64,000 nt of DNA from an uncultured Verrucomicrobiae bacterium (GTDB taxonomy: Bacteria > Verrucomicrobiota > Verrucomicrobiia > Chthoniobacterales > UBA10450). Position numbers and translations under genes: made by a program. Shown piece after piece: positions 1 through 8,685 of this stretch; position 1 is the stretch's first letter, and every line of letters begins with the position of its first letter. The DNA lies in the NCBI GenBank assembly GCA_963821915.1, contig CAWGFS010000017.1:8178-72177 (forward strand). Reading direction: 5' to 3'. Under the pieces are notes generated by a model that did not search any database, was not told the origin of the DNA, and saw only the letters and a list, made by a program, of their open reading frames with translations.

Positions 1-2
1 AT

Positions 3-275
3 GTTTCCTGCGATGGCAGCGACATCGCCGTTAGCCTGACCGACATCGACGACGATCAGGGGAATAATTTATCCACGGCATCCGCTTCGATGACCTTGCT
101 ATTCGGCGATGTAACAGGCGACGGCGCCGTCGATGATGTCGACCTCCAGGAAGTGCGGATGCATAAAGGCGAAACAACCAACGAAACGAACTTCCGAGAC
201 GATGTGAATGCCGATGGTGTGATCGATTCGATTGATGGGCGCCTGGTGAAATCGGCTGCCACGATGCTGCCTTAG
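3..275 (+). CDS. C-terminal fragment of a secreted protein ending in a dockerin/EF-hand-like calcium-binding repeat pair (gene starts upstream of the window)
   Basis: Frame 3 is open from base 3 to the stop at 273-275. The translation carries two D-x-D-x-DG-x-(V/I)-D loops (GDVTGDGAVDDVD and DVNADGVIDSID), as in dockerin type I repeats. Confidence 0.5.
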   Translation, partial: VSCDGSDIAVSLTDIDDDQGNNLSTASASMTLLFGDVTGDGAVDDVDLQEVRMHKGETTNETNFRDDVNADGVIDSIDGRLVKSAATMLP

Positions 276-496
276 GAAAAGCAAGCCGACAGTCGATCTG
301 CGTGATGCCAAAAAGCCCTGTTGGCGTAGGTGAATATCGGCTTCTGTCTCCGAAGTTGAAAGCCGAACTACCCGAAGCTAGCGAACTCAAAAAACTTGTC
401 GCCAATACGGGGAGATTTCGCGTCAAGACGAAAAATTTGAAACGAACCAGTGCCGGTAAGCAGTGGTCGAGCGCCTTCCGTCCTCCGTCATCCGAT

Positions 497-565
497 CTCC
501 GATTTGAAAGCCCGGCCGTTGCTTGCATTTGAAAGCCCGGCCTCGCCTTCGGCTACGTTACGGGT
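497..565. repeat. REP-like intergenic element with two direct GAAAGCCCGGCC cores
   Basis: TTTGAAAGCCCGGCCGTTGCTTGC...GAAAGCCCGGCCTCGCCTTCGGCT recurs in inverted orientation at 11538-11602. Confidence 0.55.
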
Positions 566-596
566 TACGGGTCCTCTGATTCTTCCTTCTTCCTTC

Positions 597-2417
597 TTAC
601 TTCCTTCCCGATTTCCCTTGAATATAGTCATTGACCTGTTCCTCGAGAATCTCCAAGGGCAACGCGCCATTCTTTAGCACTACATCGTGAAACTCACGCT
701 GATCGAACTTCGCTCCCAGCTCCTGCTCCGCACGCGCACGCAATTCTTGCAGCTTTAACATCCCGACCTTGTAGGCACACGCCTGGCCCGGCGCCACGAT
801 ATAGCGCTCGATCTCTGCGGTCACCTCTTTCTCCCCCATGCCCGTCTTCTCGCGCATGTAAGCGATCGCCTGTTCGCGCGTCCACCTTTTCGCATGAATG
901 CCCGTGTCGACCACGAGCCGCACCGCGCGGAAAAGCTCCGCCTGCAAACGCCCGAGATCGCCAAACGGATCGCCCTCGTACCAGCCTGCCTGTTTCGCCA
1001 GCCATTCTGTGTAAAGCGCCCAGCCCTCCGAATAAGCCGTGAACGGAATGACCTTGCGGAATTGCGGCACCCCTTTCAATTCCTGCGCCGTAGCAATTTG
1101 AAAATGATGCCCCGGCACACCTTCGTGATAGGCCAGCGTCGGCATACTCCATTTCGCGACCTCATTCATGTCGCGAAGGTTCGCGTAGAAAACGCCCGGG
1201 CGAGTGCCATCCATTGCCGGCGGCTCATAGTACGCACCCGGCGAAGTGGTCTCCTTGAACACCGGGACCCGCTGCACTTCGATCTTCGCCCGCGGTAGAG
1301 TCAGGAATAATTGCTTCGAACGTTCCATCGCCTGCGCAATCAGGCGCGAATATTCGGCCAGCGCCGCCGCCCGACCCTTATCGTCGTTCGGATAAAGGAA
1401 GCGCGGATCCTTCGCCAGCTGCTCCATCGATTCGCCAATCGGCCGACCGGCATATCCGTTTGCATCCAGGATCGCGCGCATCTCCGTTTCGATCCGCGTC
1501 ACTTCCGACACCCCCAGTTGATGGACCTCGTCCGGCTTGAGCGTCGTAGTCGTGTTCTCTCGCAGCTTGTGTGCGTAATAGCCCTCGCCATCCGGCAATT
1601 TCCAGACTCCGTCGTCCGTCGTCGTCTTCGGCAGGATTTCTCGGAAATAATCGATCAGTTTTTGATAAGCGGGATAAACGTGTCCTGTTACCGCTGCTTC
1701 CACGCGCGATTGAAAATCCGCGCGCTCTTGCTCCGTCAGTCCTTTGATCTTTGCCGCTCGCGCCTTAAACGAACTCGCGAGAATGTTTTCCGGCGCCGGT
1801 GTTCCGATGAACCCAGTCATCTCGTTCAGCACTTTCTCGACGACAAAACGTGGCGGCAGAATCCCTTTCTGCTCGCGCACTCTCAGGTTCTCGAGAAGCT
1901 GATCGAACTTTTTCGGAAACGCATCGAGCCGCTGGAGATAATATTCGCAGTCCTGCTTTGCCAGTAGGCGATGAGTGTTCGCCATGAACGACGGCAACTG
2001 GTTCTGCACCCCGAAGAGCTGATTCACCGGATAGTCGTGCCACTGATACTTTTCGCCTTCCACCTGGCGTTGGAGGAACCAGTCGAGCACATGCGTGGAA
2101 AGGCGTTGCGAATCGGTTTGCCGCTTTAGCGGATACTCACGCAGCTCCGCGAGATCCTTCTTCCAGCGATCGAACTGCTGCTGTTGATGCGCCGGGGACA
2201 GGTCGCTCAGTTTGCCATTGTGACCGGTAATGCCGAACTGCTCTACCAGCCCGATCGCGGAAAGCGTTTCCGGCTCGTCGAACAAGAATTCGGCGAACAC
2301 CTTTTCGTAAAACAGATTCAGACTCCACGGCCTGAACCAGATGAGATTGACCAGAAAGATGGAGGTCGCCACCAGCACGACCGCGACCGCTGCGAGGAAC
2401 CATTTCAAAACACGCAC
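597..2417 (-). CDS. DUF885 family protein (metallopeptidase-like)
   Basis: 606-aa ORF with an N-terminal TM/signal segment and the family-typical LAYHEGVPGHHFQ motif. Intact frame. Confidence 0.85.
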   Translation of the reverse strand: MRVLKWFLAAVAVVLVATSIFLVNLIWFRPWSLNLFYEKVFAEFLFDEPETLSAIGLVEQFGITGHNGKLSDLSPAHQQQQFDRWKKDLAELREYPLKRQTDSQRLSTHVLDWFLQRQVEGEKYQWHDYPVNQLFGVQNQLPSFMANTHRLLAKQDCEYYLQRLDAFPKKFDQLLENLRVREQKGILPPRFVVEKVLNEMTGFIGTPAPENILASSFKARAAKIKGLTEQERADFQSRVEAAVTGHVYPAYQKLIDYFREILPKTTTDDGVWKLPDGEGYYAHKLRENTTTTLKPDEVHQLGVSEVTRIETEMRAILDANGYAGRPIGESMEQLAKDPRFLYPNDDKGRAAALAEYSRLIAQAMERSKQLFLTLPRAKIEVQRVPVFKETTSPGAYYEPPAMDGTRPGVFYANLRDMNEVAKWSMPTLAYHEGVPGHHFQIATAQELKGVPQFRKVIPFTAYSEGWALYTEWLAKQAGWYEGDPFGDLGRLQAELFRAVRLVVDTGIHAKRWTREQAIAYMREKTGMGEKEVTAEIERYIVAPGQACAYKVGMLKLQELRARAEQELGAKFDQREFHDVVLKNGALPLEILEEQVNDYIQGKSGRK

Positions 2418-2550
2418 GGGCTGAGACCAATCGGTTAGGCCGCGTCGGTCAATATTAATTTCTCTCCTCGCTCGCGAATCGCTTTGCGGGCTCTGACTAT
2501 GATTAGCGCGCGTAACCTCGTCGATGGCAGAAAATCCGGCCGCGACCGCC

Positions 2551-2642
2551 GACTTCCGTCCTCTGACTTCTATCCTCTGTCATCCGTCCTCTGACTTCTG
2601 ACCTCTGATCCCGTTCCTCTGATTCTCCTCGACTTCATTTCC
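2551..2642. repeat. Pyrimidine-rich simple-sequence array built on CTCTGAC(T/C)TC units
   Basis: TCCGTCCTCTGACTTC occurs twice 29 nt apart, followed by CTGACCTCTGATCC. The same units recur at 3396-3535, on the other side of the ORF6N gene. Confidence 0.6.
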
Positions 2643-2781
2643 AGACCCCTTAGAAATGCCGAGCAATGTCGACCCAAAAGAACCGACCCGAGAATGAGCG
2701 AAGCTGAGTGGCTGACGCGCCAGAAGCGGATCGAGGCCAGACTGGGCAGGCCCATTAGAGCAAATCTGAACGGACTGGGAT

Positions 2782-3384
2782 ATGAGGCGTAAAAAAGCCG
2801 CTGGGTCAAAGGCGCTCGTCCTCGAGCAAGTCGAGCCGCTTATTCACGAAATCCGTGGTGAAAAGGTCATCTTGGACTCGGATCTGGCGCGGCTCTACGG
2901 CGCGACGACCAAGCGGCTGAACGAGCAGGTGAAACGGAATCAGGAACGGTTTCCGAGCGATTTCATGTTTCAGCTCACCGCGAAAGAGAGCGCCGCTTTG
3001 AGGTCGCAAATTGCGACCAGTTCACCGCAAGCCGTTGATCCTCATGGTGGTGCAAGCAACCGGTCGCAAATTGCGACCGGTTCCCAGAAACATCGCGATC
3101 CACGTTTACGGGCCTACGCCTTCACGGAACACGGAGCGATCATGGCTGCGAACGTCCTGAACACCCCCGAAGCTGTCGTCATGAGCGTGTATGTGATTCG
3201 CGCCTTCATCAAACAGAGAGAGCTTCTCCGGACGCATACCGAGATACTCAAAAAGATCGCGCAGATTGACGCCAAACTCCTGAAGCACGACGACGTTCTT
3301 CGCGCCATCGTTCGCGAACTTCACCCCCTAATCAATCCGCCGCCGACCCTGCCAAAACGCCAAATCGGCTTCGGTAAACCCTGA
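2782..3384 (+). CDS. ORF6N domain protein (KilA-N-like DNA-binding, usually phage or mobile-element associated)
   Basis: N-terminus IRGEKVILDSDLARLYGATTKRLNEQVKRNQERFPSDFMFQLTAKE matches the ORF6N (PF10543) signature. Confidence 0.8.
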   Translation: MRRKKAAGSKALVLEQVEPLIHEIRGEKVILDSDLARLYGATTKRLNEQVKRNQERFPSDFMFQLTAKESAALRSQIATSSPQAVDPHGGASNRSQIATGSQKHRDPRLRAYAFTEHGAIMAANVLNTPEAVVMSVYVIRAFIKQRELLRTHTEILKKIAQIDAKLLKHDDVLRAIVRELHPLINPPPTLPKRQIGFGKP

Positions 3385-3395
3385 AAGCGGCCTTC

Positions 3396-3535
3396 TAAAT
3401 TCTTTCTTCTTCCTTTTTACTTCCCTGCTGCGTCCTCCGCCCTCCGACCTCTGACTTCTGACTTCCGACATCTGACCTCCGTCCTCCGTCCTCTGTCTCC
3501 TGCCCTTCCCTGCTACTCTTCCCTCCTCTGACTGA
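3396..3535. repeat. Pyrimidine-rich simple-sequence array (CTCTGACTTCTGAC, TCCGTCCTC units)
   Basis: Shares the exact CTCTGACTTCTGAC with the 2551-2642 array. Its 5' part TTCTTTCTTCTTCCTTTTTACTTCCC resembles 580-606. Confidence 0.6.
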
Positions 3536-3656
3536 ATTTCACCTTTCAGATTTTCCGCTTTCCATTTTTTTGAAACAAGCCCGCCATCTTGACGCCGTTC
3601 GATGGCCGGGATGACAAAAGAGAGGGGCGTGGTGAAGCCGGAGGAGTGAGATTAGA

Positions 3657-3935
3657 GTGAACGACATCAATTCCAATGAAAGACTGCGATACTTGCGAGC
3701 GCCCAACATTGGTCCGCAAATCGTCGGTCTTGAGATTGATGGAGTGCAAACGGCACTGATCTCCTACAACCGACGTTATGACGCTTCGCTGGCTGCCGGG
3801 CCCCATGTCTTGACGGTGTTCCCAGTCATAGGGCGTTGGACTGTTAGCACAAAAGGTAGGCGGCTGATCGTGGAAGCGGATAAGACATATACCTTTACCG
3901 CAACATGGAAGCACATTGGAATTTTACTCCAATAG
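3657..3935 (+). pseudogene. Truncated copy (C-terminal about 85 residues, no signal peptide) of the small secreted protein encoded at 6431-6862
   Basis: About 95% nucleotide identity to 6619-6882, including about 20 nt past the stop. The N-terminal signal region present in the full copy is missing. Confidence 0.55.
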
Positions 3936-3955
3936 GGGCGGCGAGCAGATTCCCC
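3692..3955 (+). repeat. Direct repeat A, copy 1 (about 264 bp)
   Basis: Near-identical to 6619-6882. The two copies bracket the lipoprotein and amidase genes. Confidence 0.8.
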
Positions 3956-4245
3956 GCTCTGCCCCCACAGGCCGCCTTTGACTCGAACTGCCCCAGTTCT
4001 CGGGCCACACCCATGCTTCGCATGTCTATGTCGCTAGGTTCCCACCGGCCCCATTCGCGCATCCCACATGCGCTCACCCTTGGGAGCAAAAGGGGTCAGA
4101 GCCAAGTAACGACACTCCTTGTCGAGACTTTTGTTTGGCATCCCACCACCGGCGATTTGACTCAATTCGGTCGGTTTGACGTCCGCATCTTGAATCTTGT
4201 CAACGACCAGAACCCAGCGCATCATCCTCCAAAACCAACCCGCTC

Positions 4246-4719
4246 ATGAAAAAAATACTCCGCTGGACTTTGATCAACGTGTTCACTGCTGGGGCGCTCG
4301 TGGCCTTGACGCCCGGATGCGCCACGGTCGCAGACAACAACGCCGAGATCGCGAAATCACAGAAAGAAATGCTTTTGACGCAAGCTGGCTTCAGGACCCA
4401 CACCGTCACTACTCCGGCGCAGATAAAACAAGTGAGCCAGTTGGCCGCAAACAAGGTGACGGCCATCAAGCAGAACGGAAAATTGTGGTACGTCTATCCA
4501 TCGGGGAAGAGAGATCAGATTTACGTTGGCAACCAGGCCCAATACAACGCCTACAGACAGGAGTTGCAAGGCTACTGGAAGAGCGTGCAGGCGCAGCAGA
4601 GCGCCCAAATGCTGACGGGGTCGCCCACCTGGGTCGGTGAAACCGCCGGGCCCGACCACATCGGGATCGAGACATTCAATGGGTTCGAACCATTAGACCC
4701 GATGGCAGGCTCCGACTAG
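4246..4719 (+). CDS. Lipoprotein of unknown function
   Basis: Signal peptide with lipobox LTPGC (MKKILRWTLINVFTAGALVALTPGC). Confidence 0.7.
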   Translation: MKKILRWTLINVFTAGALVALTPGCATVADNNAEIAKSQKEMLLTQAGFRTHTVTTPAQIKQVSQLAANKVTAIKQNGKLWYVYPSGKRDQIYVGNQAQYNAYRQELQGYWKSVQAQQSAQMLTGSPTWVGETAGPDHIGIETFNGFEPLDPMAGSD

Positions 4720-4829
4720 TCGGAAGCGATCGCCGCACAGAGGCGCCTCCCACGTTTTTTGGATGTAGCGAGCGTTCCCTGCGGAACCAGATTGAGGGAC
4801 TGGGAGCAAAGGGGGCAGAGCCGTCCCCG

Positions 4830-6317
4830 TTGAGCCGTCCCAGCTGCAGGACGTCCAATCTTCTTGTTTCGGTCTCGGATTTGCTCATGGATGAGTGCGT
4901 GTTGAAACATCTTCGCTTGTTCGCCGGCAGGACGCTCCCCGGGATCTTGCTGCCGGCGCTGTTGACCAGTTGCGTTCTGCCCACCCGGTTCGGCGTGAGC
5001 CGGTCGCCGGCCCACGCTTTCATCGTTTATTCGCCGCCTGCGCCGAATGGCAAATTGCGCCTGGCGGTGAAGGATCTCATCGACGTAAAAGGAATGCCGA
5101 CGACGGCCGGCTCGGAGTATGTGTCGAAGATCGCCCGGCCGGCCGAACGGGATGCAGCGTGTCTCGCCATCGCCCGCCGGCGTGGAGTGCAGATTGTCGG
5201 GAAAGCCAACCTGAGCGAGTTCGCGATCTCGCCTTCGGGGATCAACGAATACTTTGGGACGCCGAAGGACCCCTTTAGTCACTGGTGGCGGCGTTATATC
5301 CCGGGTGGATCGTCGAGTGGCTCGGCGGCGGCGATCACGGCCGGGCTGGCCGATGTCGCCCTGGGGACCGACACAGCCGGGTCGATCCGCACGCCCGCGG
5401 CTTGCTCGGGGATTGTGGGATTGAAGCCGACCTTCGGGCTCGTGTCGCTGGAAGGAGTGTTTCCAATTTCGCCGAAGCACCTGGATACGGTCGGCCCAAT
5501 GGGCAAAGACATCGCGCATGTCGTGATCGGGACGGATCTGTTGGTGGAAGGCTTTGCGCAACGTTATGAGGCAGCGAAGGCGGCCAAACCGGAGGGGCGT
5601 CAGATCAAGGTAGGACGGCTCTATCTCAATACTCCTTCCCCGAAAAATCTGGCGTTCGTCGTGACGGATCCGGGCAGCCTAATACTGGGGGTGACTGACC
5701 TGAGAAATCTCTTCTATAGCCTGACAGACCCGGGACGGCTCCTTGGCACCACGGACACAAGGATCGACCAGGCGGTGGACGCGGCGCTGGGCAGGGCCGG
5801 GTTCCAGGTGGTGCGGATGGATCCGTCGTTCAAAACCAAGTGGGCGCGGGCCCAAGAGGACGCGAATGTAATCGCGACGACCGACGCCTGGCTGCACGAT
5901 GGCAAGTATGAGGATCTGCCCGGTGTGACCATCCGATCCAAGTCTATCCTGTTACTCGGGCAATTCCTTTACAAATCGGGAGGGTATAAGGAAGCCCTGG
6001 GCCGGCGGGAAGAATGGCAGCGCACGGTGCAAGAGGCGCTCGAGAAGGTGGACTTCATTGCTTTGCCAACGTGGCAGAGTCTGCCGCCCCCGATGCCGTT
6101 GATTGGGAGCTCAGCCTCCATGGAAGCGCGTGTGGCGGCGTTACAAAACACAGCCGCGGTCAACCTGGCCGGGAACCCGGCCCTGGCGATCCCGATCCCG
6201 GTGAAAAACGCCAACGTGCCGGTGACCAGCCTGCAGTTAGTGGGGCGACGCTTTGGGGAAGCGCAGTTACTGAATGCCGGGCGGCTGGTGGAGGCGAGTA
6301 ATCCGCGGACTGAGTAG
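4830..6317 (+). CDS. Amidase (amidase-signature family)
   Basis: GGSSSGSAAAI signature with Ser-cisSer-Lys family context and a hydrophobic N-terminal leader (LLTSC). The start codon is uncertain. The gene contains an in-frame 30-bp tandem repeat insertion at about 5661-5760. Confidence 0.85.
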   Translation: MSRPSCRTSNLLVSVSDLLMDECVLKHLRLFAGRTLPGILLPALLTSCVLPTRFGVSRSPAHAFIVYSPPAPNGKLRLAVKDLIDVKGMPTTAGSEYVSKIARPAERDAACLAIARRRGVQIVGKANLSEFAISPSGINEYFGTPKDPFSHWWRRYIPGGSSSGSAAAITAGLADVALGTDTAGSIRTPAACSGIVGLKPTFGLVSLEGVFPISPKHLDTVGPMGKDIAHVVIGTDLLVEGFAQRYEAAKAAKPEGRQIKVGRLYLNTPSPKNLAFVVTDPGSLILGVTDLRNLFYSLTDPGRLLGTTDTRIDQAVDAALGRAGFQVVRMDPSFKTKWARAQEDANVIATTDAWLHDGKYEDLPGVTIRSKSILLLGQFLYKSGGYKEALGRREEWQRTVQEALEKVDFIALPTWQSLPPPMPLIGSSASMEARVAALQNTAAVNLAGNPALAIPIPVKNANVPVTSLQLVGRRFGEAQLLNAGRLVEASNPRTE

Positions 6318-6430
6318 GCGGTTGGTTTGGCCCTTCTCCGAGAGACTGGCTATGCCAGGCCCCTCTCACAGAGGGTCGGCTCCACAAAGCCTACTTGTTG
6401 AACCCAGAGGCGACGCAGGGCGATTGACTG

Positions 6431-6862
6431 GTGAGCCGCCCGAGTGAAAATGCGACATGTTTGAACCTCGTCTCCATATGGATGGCCGCAATCTGCTGGC
6501 TGACCGTCCCTGCCCTTGCCATCGCCTCGTTCGCCTTTGCCTGCGGAAATATCTCGGCTGCTAGTAAGGCTTCTCTTACGCCCGCGAAAACGACGCAGGC
6601 ACCGGGCCGCCTCATCATCTTGCGAGCGCCCAACATTGGTCCGCAAATCGTCGGTCTTGAGATTGATGGAGTGCAAACGGCGCTGATCTCCTACAACCGA
6701 CGTTACGACGCTCCACTGGCTGCCGGGCCGCATGTCTTGACGGTGTTCCCACTCATAGGGCGTTGGACTGTTGATACAAAAGATAGGCGGCTGATCGTGG
6801 AAGCGGGTAAGACATATACCTTTACCGCAATATGGAAGCACATTGGAATTTTACTCCAATAG
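6431..6862 (+). CDS. Small secreted protein of unknown function (full-length copy)
   Basis: N-terminal hydrophobic signal-like segment (MAAICWLTVPALAIASFAFA). The C-terminal 85 aa are duplicated at 3657-3935. Confidence 0.6.
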   Translation: MSRPSENATCLNLVSIWMAAICWLTVPALAIASFAFACGNISAASKASLTPAKTTQAPGRLIILRAPNIGPQIVGLEIDGVQTALISYNRRYDAPLAAGPHVLTVFPLIGRWTVDTKDRRLIVEAGKTYTFTAIWKHIGILLQ

Positions 6863-6882
6863 GAACGGCGAGCAGATTCCCC
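6619..6882 (+). repeat. Direct repeat A, copy 2
   Basis: See 3692-3955. Confidence 0.8.
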
Positions 6883-6892
6883 TGTACTCTAT

Positions 6893-8270
6893 TCAAGGAA
6901 TCGTTTCGAGGAATGCAGATTCCGACTTGATTCCTTCGCATCCCGCTGAGTCACCGCTACCTCGCGGCACTCCGCCTATGTCGGTCGTCCCACTCACTCC
7001 GTTCTGACTCACGGCCTCCGGTCTCCGCAGCTGTTCGGCTTTGTAGATAACACCGCCTTTCATCACGAAGATGACTCGTCGCACCGCCGTGATGTCTTTC
7101 AGTGGGTCGCCGTCCAGGGCAATAATGTCGGCATCGTAGCCAGGGGCGATGGAACCGGTCCGGTCGCCCATGCGCATCGCTTCGGCGCCGAGCGACTGCG
7201 CCGAGGTCAGCGCGCTCATCGGATCAATCCCGCAATCGCGCACCCGATCGATGAATTCTTCCGCGTTGCGACCGTGCGAACCGGCCAGTGCATCCGTGCC
7301 GAAAACGATTTTGAGTCCGGGAGTCTTAGCTGCCTTGACGGACGATCTCGTGGTCGAGCTCGGCAACCTTGGCCATGGCGGTAAAGCCTTCTTCGGTGTA
7401 GCCCTCCGTCCCAAGGAACTTGTCCTTGTTATCCATGTAATTCTCGATCACGAGCCCAGCCTGTGGATCGAAGTAGGTGCCGTGCTCGGATAACACTTTC
7501 AGATCGGCGCCCGTCGCCCCGGTGCCGTGCTCGACCTCAGTGCAGCCGGCCAGCGCGGCGGCGGGGACGGCATTCTTGTAGGCGTGCACAAGGGTGCGTA
7601 ACCCCAACTTGTTCGCTTCGCCGCAGGCGGCATTGAGTTGCTCCTGGGACAGGGTCATGCCGCCGCCTTTGCGGATCGATTCCGAGGCAAAGATTTTGAT
7701 GAGATCGGCGCCGGCCGCTTTTTGTTTGCGCACGAATTCACGAATCTGATCGGGCGTGCCGGTTTTCTCGCCTTCTCCTTCCAGCGGCTGAACCGCACTG
7801 AGGATGCGCGGACCGGGCAGCGCGCCTTTGGCGATCGCGTCGCGCAGCGGCACGTCCATAGTCGAACCGACGCTCTGCACGGTGGTGAACCCAGCCATGA
7901 GCGTGGCCCACGCGTTCGCGGCTGATTGATAGGCGGCGAACTGAGTTGTCGCATCGGCGCCCTCGTTTCTTCCGTTCGGTCCGAAGCTCCAGGTGATGTG
8001 GACGTGGGCGTCGATCCAGCCAGGCATGACGGTCAAGCCCTTGAGATCGTAATCGATCGGTGACGCTTTCGGGTCGAGCGCGACGATCTTTGATCCTTCG
8101 ATAACGATGCGAGTCTCGGGTAAAATGTGGCCGCGTCCGTCGAGCACTCTGCTAGTGGCGATAACGGTGCGTCGCTGTTTAGGCGGCGGGGTTTGTGGTT
8201 CGTCAGGCGTGGCGGCGCAAAACATGAGGCCTACCAGGGCAGAGAGAATAATGACGAATGCTCGATGCAT
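6893..8270 (-). pseudogene. Metal-dependent amidohydrolase (imidazolonepropionase/prolidase-like) with one frame disruption near 7335-7345
   Basis: ORFs 7326-8270 (PGWIDAHVHI metal-binding motif, signal peptide) and 6893-7414 (KIVFGTDA...GYDADIIALDGDPL) are the N- and C-terminal halves of one amidohydrolase, offset by +1. Confidence 0.8.
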
Positions 8271-8353
8271 GATCCTGCATTCTTAAGTCTCGATTCTCAT
8301 TCCTCAATGCTAGATTTGGATTGGAGCAATAGGGTCAGAGCCAAGTAACGACA

Positions 8354-8626
8354 TTGTGGGCGAACAATTGGCACGACGGCGGCGTATGGGGTCAGTGGGG
8401 TCGCGTTGACCACCCGAGCAGTCGCTTGTGGCAAGATTCCAAGTGGCTACGCTTGTTTGCGGTGTCTCGATACGTTTTGGATCACCATTTGGAAGGCGAG
8501 AAAAAGCGACTCGCGTTGATGTCGAGTTTACTTGATCCCATGCACCGGCGACTCATCGAGTTGCTTGGAATCAGCCGCGACGCCCGGGTGCTGGAAGTCG
8601 GTTGCGGCAATATTCCATTTCGTTAA
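8354..8626 (+). pseudogene. 5' fragment of a SAM-dependent methyltransferase gene (relic duplicate of 10189-10965)
   Basis: SRYVLDHHLEGEKKRLALMSSLLDP.HRRLIE.LGIS.DARVLEVGCGN is shared with the full gene. Homology stops right after the GCGN SAM-binding motif. Confidence 0.7.
8421..8610 (+). repeat. Direct repeat B, copy 1 (about 190 bp, about 90% identity)
   Basis: Matches 10148-10337. The copies bracket the TPR/aspartyl-protease gene. Confidence 0.75.
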
Positions 8627-8685
8627 CGACAAATTTCTCGAGGATGTCTACGATACACGGGGTAACGTTGATCGCAGAAATGAAT

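Noticed and set aside
2551-3535. The CTGAC-unit arrays as a CRISPR array.
   Set aside because: The units are 7-16 nt, irregularly spaced and contiguous, without unique spacers of 25-40 nt. No cas genes are present.
4676-4692. A tRNA T-arm-like hairpin, AATGG-GTTCGAA-CCATT.
   Set aside because: The loop is offset from the T-loop consensus and no matching acceptor, D or anticodon arms exist in the flanks. It lies inside a well-supported lipoprotein ORF.
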